Shown here one piece after another: positions 60,239 to 64,000 of a stretch of 64,000 nt of DNA. The notes beneath the pieces were generated by a model. That model was not told where the DNA came from, did no database searches, and worked only from the letters and a program-made list of their open reading frames with translations. Source of the DNA: Arenicellales bacterium (lineage in GTDB: Bacteria; Pseudomonadota; Gammaproteobacteria; BMS3Bbin11). The translations under genes and the position numbers were made by a program. The stretch lies in NCBI GenBank assembly GCA_048550195.1, contig JBLYYR010000081.1, positions 5,244 through 69,243 on the forward strand, written 5' to 3'. Numbering within the stretch: position 1 is the stretch's first letter; each line of letters opens with the position of its first letter.

Positions 60239-60266
60239 GGCCCGCAATTCCCGGGCCTTTTTTATT
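60239..60266. terminator. bidirectional hairpin terminator (GGCCCG-caattc-CCGGGCC flanked by A- and T-tracts) between the convergent sulfotransferase and dsrC-like genes
   Basis: Read directly. Confidence 0.6.
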
Positions 60267-60325
60267 TCTAGAACGTTCACTCTTAAAAATATAAAGTGTT
60301 ATAACTCATAGCCTATAGAGATATT

Positions 60326-60673
60326 TTAGTGAACCGTGCCAAATGACAGATCCAGCGAATATGGAGGCAAGGGGATGCCAGCTATTTTACAGGCCTGAAC
60401 GACGGGACCATGCGGGAACAGAGAGTAAAGATACTTTTTGCCTCCACGTGTTTTTACATGGTTAGACATCGCTCTTAATACCAGCCTGGCACTGCAGCCG
60501 GTACCATTTTCTTTGCAGTGGTCACGTAAAAAATGCAGTATCTCCCAGTGGGCATCTGTTAGCTCAATTCCTTCCTCTGCTGCTAACAGGATTGCTGTAT
60601 CTTTTGACCAGTCCTCGAAATTCTCCGGAGTTTTGTGATTTTCTCCTGCTAAATTTGGTGATTGATAATCCAT
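60326..60673 (-). CDS. DsrC/TusE family protein lacking the penultimate (CysA) cysteine
   Basis: ..[41 protein letters not shown].. aligns with DsrC (..[43 protein letters not shown]) and TusE. The C-terminus is ..[11 protein letters not shown] instead of ..PTGCV. Confidence 0.8.
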   Translation of the reverse strand: MDYQSPNLAGENHKTPENFEDWSKDTAILLAAEEGIELTDAHWEILHFLRDHCKENGTGCSARLVLRAMSNHVKTRGGKKYLYSLFPHGPVVQACKIAGIPLPPYSLDLSFGTVH

Positions 60674-60843
60674 TTGTATGCTCCTTCGGTGTTATTTCTT
60701 TTTGCAATGGGGCGTTTGACTAAGGCGACACATCCAATAAAAAATATATTGCTAGCCCAAGAAATATTTATACAGGAACTTGAAGAGAATAACAAACAAT
60801 AATAGTCAGGTATTATTTTTATGCTGAGTTACGCAGACCTTTT

Positions 60844-61818
60844 TCAAAAGGGTCGTTGTGCTTTCAATATGGCGCGAACAGGAGCAGCATAGCCCTCAAT
60901 GGTTTTAGTTTGATCATCAGGATCAAGGAAGTCACTGAGTGATTCGAATCTCATCCATTCTGTTGAACGCTGTTCATCGAGGCGGGTGGTTGAAACATCG
61001 ATAATCCTGATATTGCAGTATCCGCAGCGTTGCAGCCAGGACTTTAAAGCCTGTGCCGTTGGTATGAACCAGACATTACGCATTTTCGCATAGCGGGAGT
61101 CCGGTAGCAGTAACTGGTCTTCCGGCCCTTCGATGACCAGCGTTTCAAGGACAAGTTCACCACCGGGTCTGAGGCAGGAAAACAACTTATACAGATGGTC
61201 GATGGGAGACCGCCGATGGTAAAGCACCCCCATAGAAAACACCGTGTCAAAATAAGTAAGCGAGTCTGGTAGCTGATTTATGCCGACAGGTAGAATATTT
61301 GCATTGATTATTTCAGTGCTGAATTGAGACAGGGCGTTAAACTGCATGTTAAACAATATAGTAGGGTCTATACCGAGTACCCACGTGGCACCGGCACCGA
61401 GCATGCGAAGCATGTAATAACCGTTTCCGCAGCCAATATCCAGCACATGCCTGCCTTTCAGAGTAGAGATGGCTTCACTCAGCCGCTGCCATTTTTTATC
61501 TGATCGCCACTCACTGTCTATTTTTACGCCAAAGATATTGAAAGGGCCTTTACGCCAGGGGTGCAGATTAAGTAAAAGCTGCTTTAATTTCAGCTTCTGC
61601 TCAGCATCAAGCTGATCCTTATCACCAAACTGGATCAATGCCTGCGACAGGTCAAGCTGGTCTGTCCTGTATTGAGAGAGCTGTTCAAGTATCTGAACCC
61701 AGTGCGGGTAGTCACCGTGGTCAGAACGAATCTGATCAGCGAGAGCCATTTGCTCTTTAAGCCACGGGTCTAACGACGTGTCTTTTACATGTTCTAACCA
61801 GGCGTCAGGGTGATTCAT
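60844..61818 (-). CDS. cmoB: tRNA U34 carboxymethyltransferase CmoB
   Basis: ..KGPF.IFGV.ID.EWRSD.KW.RL.. and SAM-MTase motif DIGCGNGYY over 324 aa match CmoB. No cmoA is adjacent. Confidence 0.85.
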   Translation of the reverse strand: MNHPDAWLEHVKDTSLDPWLKEQMALADQIRSDHGDYPHWVQILEQLSQYRTDQLDLSQALIQFGDKDQLDAEQKLKLKQLLLNLHPWRKGPFNIFGVKIDSEWRSDKKWQRLSEAISTLKGRHVLDIGCGNGYYMLRMLGAGATWVLGIDPTILFNMQFNALSQFSTEIINANILPVGINQLPDSLTYFDTVFSMGVLYHRRSPIDHLYKLFSCLRPGGELVLETLVIEGPEDQLLLPDSRYAKMRNVWFIPTAQALKSWLQRCGYCNIRIIDVSTTRLDEQRSTEWMRFESLSDFLDPDDQTKTIEGYAAPVRAILKAQRPF

Positions 61819-62054
61819 TCGCTACGTGGGAAATGTTGCTGATGTTGAATGGTTAGTGAGTTTACAGGATAAGCTTAAGTAAAAAAAACATGATAAATAT
61901 AATTGTAGTATGTAAAGTAATGAGTGTGAGTGCTAACTTACTTATGATAGATAAATCTAATTATATTTTCAGAATATGATCCAGCGCAAAGTTTTTATTT
62001 TGTCATGCGGTAATATGTAATCTAATTCTGATAACAATCTATATGGAGTCACCT

Positions 62055-64000
62055 ATGGGTAAGGATAAGACGCTAATTATCGATGGGAATGAGGCCGTTG
62101 CGAGAGTTGCTCACAAAACTAACGAAGTCATAGCAATTTATCCGATCACACCCTCCTCACCGATGGGGGAATTGTCTGATGACTGGTCATCAACAGGGAA
62201 AACGAATATCTGGGGGAATATTCCTGAGGTTATTGAGATGCAAAGCGAAGGCGGGGCCGCTGGTGCAGTGCATGGGTCGTTGCAGGGGGGTGCCCTGACC
62301 ACGACCTTTACATCCTCACAGGGGTTATTATTAATGATCCCTAATATGTACAAGATCGCAGGTGAACTGACACCTGCCGTGATTCATGTCGCCGCACGAT
62401 CCATTGCCGCTCAGGCATTGTCGATTTTTGGTGATCATTCAGATGTGATGGCGATCAGACAAACGGGCTTTGCCATGATTGCTTCGGGTTCTGTCCAGGA
62501 AGCGATGGATATGGCGCTGATTTCACAGGCTGCTACGTTAAAAGCACAGATACCGATTGTTCATTTCTTCGATGGTTTTCGCACCTCGCATGAGCTGTCA
62601 CGCATCTCTGATATCGATGACACAGTAATTCGCACAATGATTGATGAAGAAGATGTCAGTAAATTCAGAAAGCGCGCAATGACACCTGATAAACCTGTAG
62701 TACGCGGCACATCACAGAACCCGGATGTGTATTTTCAGGCACGTGAAAGTGTAAATCCTTACTATCAGGCGATGCCAGGCATAGTACAGCAGACCATGGA
62801 CCAGTTCGCAGAGCATACAGGGCGGCAGTATCATTTGTATGACTATGTGGGTGCAGCTGATGCACAACGGGTGATTATACTGATGGGCTCAGGTGCTGAG
62901 GCTGTCGATGAGACGGTGGAAAGCCTCCTGCAAATGGATGAGAAGGTAGGGGTAATCAAACTGCGTTTGTACAGGCCGTTTTCAGCTCAACAACTATTGT
63001 CTGTCATACCGGCCACATGCCAGGCCATCGCGGTACTGGATCGAACCAAAGAGCCCGGGGCAGATGGCGAACCCCTATACAAGGATGTGATGACGGCACT
63101 GGCAGAATCAGTTATCCGTGATGAATCCCTGTTTGAGCGTTTACCCAAGGTTGCTGGCGGGCGCTATGGCCTGTCGTCGAAAGAGTTTACCCCGGCAATG
63201 ATTAAGGCGATTTTTGATGAACTTAAAAGTGATTCTCCCAGGTCTCCTTTTACCATAGGTATTATTGACGATGTCAGCCATACACATTTGCTCTGGGATG
63301 ATTCCTTTGAGACCAGTGCAGTTAAAAAGACGACACAATGTGTATTCTATGGGCTGGGCAGTGATGGCACAGTCAGCGCGAACAAGAACACAATAAAAAT
63401 CATAGGGCAGGAGAGCGATATCCACACGCAGGCCTATTTTGTCTATGATTCAAAAAAAGCCGGGGCTGTCACCGTTTCACATTTACGATTTGGTCCGGAA
63501 AAAATACGATCAAGTTATTTAATCGGCCCAGGACAGGCACAGTTTGTTGCCTGTCATCAGGAGGTATTCCTGGAACGTTACGATATGCTTGAGCTGGCCG
63601 CATCGGGAGCGGTATTCCTGCTAAACACAACGAAAGAAAAAGAAAGTGTGTGGAATTCACTTCCACGCAGTATGCAGCAACAGATAATAGACAAGGATAT
63701 AAAATTCTTTGCCATAGACGCATATAAGGTTGCCGAAGACAGCGGTATGGGTAAAAGGATAAATACCATAATGCAGACCTGTTTTTTTGCCGTCTCAGGT
63801 ATTCTTCAGGCTGAAGAGGCGATTGCAAAGATTAAGCAGGCAGTAGAAAAGACCTATGGCCGGAAAGGTCGACGGATTGTCGATATGAACTTTCGGGCTA
63901 TTGATAATACGCTCGCGGCAATGTTTGAGATTAAAGTGCCGGAAGAAGTCTCAGGAAAATCAGAAATAATTCAGCTGATCCCGGATAATGCACCTGAGTT
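62055..64000 (+). CDS. nifJ: pyruvate:ferredoxin (flavodoxin) oxidoreductase, N-terminal ~648 codons (3'-partial, runs off window)
   Basis: ATG at 62055 preceded by GGAG. The frame is open to the window end. MGKDKTLIIDGNEAVARVAHK..IYPITPSSPMGE..; ..GGALTTTFT.SQGLLLMIPNMYKIAGEL.P.V.HVAAR.. is the canonical PFOR domain I/II sequence. It is absent from the supplied ORF track because no stop is reached. Confidence 0.85.
   Translation, partial: MGKDKTLIIDGNEAVARVAHKTNEVIAIYPITPSSPMGELSDDWSSTGKTNIWGNIPEVIEMQSEGGAAGAVHGSLQGGALTTTFTSSQGLLLMIPNMYKIAGELTPAVIHVAARSIAAQALSIFGDHSDVMAIRQTGFAMIASGSVQEAMDMALISQAATLKAQIPIVHFFDGFRTSHELSRISDIDDTVIRTMIDEEDVSKFRKRAMTPDKPVVRGTSQNPDVYFQARESVNPYYQAMPGIVQQTMDQFAEHTGRQYHLYDYVGAADAQRVIILMGSGAEAVDETVESLLQMDEKVGVIKLRLYRPFSAQQLLSVIPATCQAIAVLDRTKEPGADGEPLYKDVMTALAESVIRDESLFERLPKVAGGRYGLSSKEFTPAMIKAIFDELKSDSPRSPFTIGIIDDVSHTHLLWDDSFETSAVKKTTQCVFYGLGSDGTVSANKNTIKIIGQESDIHTQAYFVYDSKKAGAVTVSHLRFGPEKIRSSYLIGPGQAQFVACHQEVFLERYDMLELAASGAVFLLNTTKEKESVWNSLPRSMQQQIIDKDIKFFAIDAYKVAEDSGMGKRINTIMQTCFFAVSGILQAEEAIAKIKQAVEKTYGRKGRRIVDMNFRAIDNTLAAMFEIKVPEEVSGKSEIIQLIPDNAPE

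Noticed and set aside
60037-60240. Looked for a direct repeat of the tRNA-Lys 3' end (..TTCGAATCGCCCACGACCCACCA) that would delimit an integrated element
   Set aside because: No convincing copy found by eye. The islet boundary therefore remains undefined.
1-64000. CRISPR arrays, rRNA, integrase/transposase/phage genes, toxin-antitoxin pairs
   Set aside because: None seen. The only mobile-type signals are the non-autonomous MITE-like repeats and AT-rich islets.

Overview
This window is a chromosomal segment of a Gram-negative, gammaproteobacterial-type genome. The gene content (DsrC-family protein, YeeE/YedE transporter, PFOR, Mo/W formate dehydrogenase) hints at a sulfur-oxidising or anaerobically versatile lineage, but that is inference. 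Conserved housekeeping blocks are present: sbcB, srkA, yaeQ, cspA, ygiQ, yebC-ruvCAB, ybgC-tolQRAB-pal-cpoB, queE-queC, tRNA-Lys and cmoB. Interleaved with them is a large molybdenum/tungsten formate dehydrogenase supercluster. It consists of a tupABC-mobAB-moeA operon, a sigma-54 response regulator plus Cache-type histidine kinase, and moaA-fdhD-(HTH+PBP-like regulator). Divergent from that is a DUF3305-DUF3306-multi[4Fe-4S]-TorD-like-Tat peptide-fdhABC operon behind a textbook sigma-54 promoter. The window also holds two GGDEF cyclases, tandem PPK2 paralogs, a DsrC/TusE paralog lacking the terminal Cys, and two Stf0-like sulfotransferases in AT-rich islets, one beside tRNA-Lys. Two partial genes run off the window ends and are absent from the ORF track: a 3' part of a GFA-family gene at the left edge and the first ~650 codons of a pyruvate:ferredoxin oxidoreductase at the right edge. 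Several things are not explained by ordinary annotation. Two unrelated conserved genes, a PBP7-like endopeptidase and a c-type cytochrome, each contain an in-frame TAG inside conserved sequence. A family of MITE-like elements with CCTCTGAT terminal inverted repeats occupies at least three intergenic sites. Further inverted-repeat elements and a small SD-equipped ORF lie in the mostly non-coding ~1 kb upstream of the first sulfotransferase. That 2.3-kb islet splits the sigma-54 two-component pair from its probable fdh target. No CRISPR array, rRNA, intact transposase/integrase or phage genes were seen. ORF-track starts include GTG/TTG shown as M, so 5' ends are approximate.
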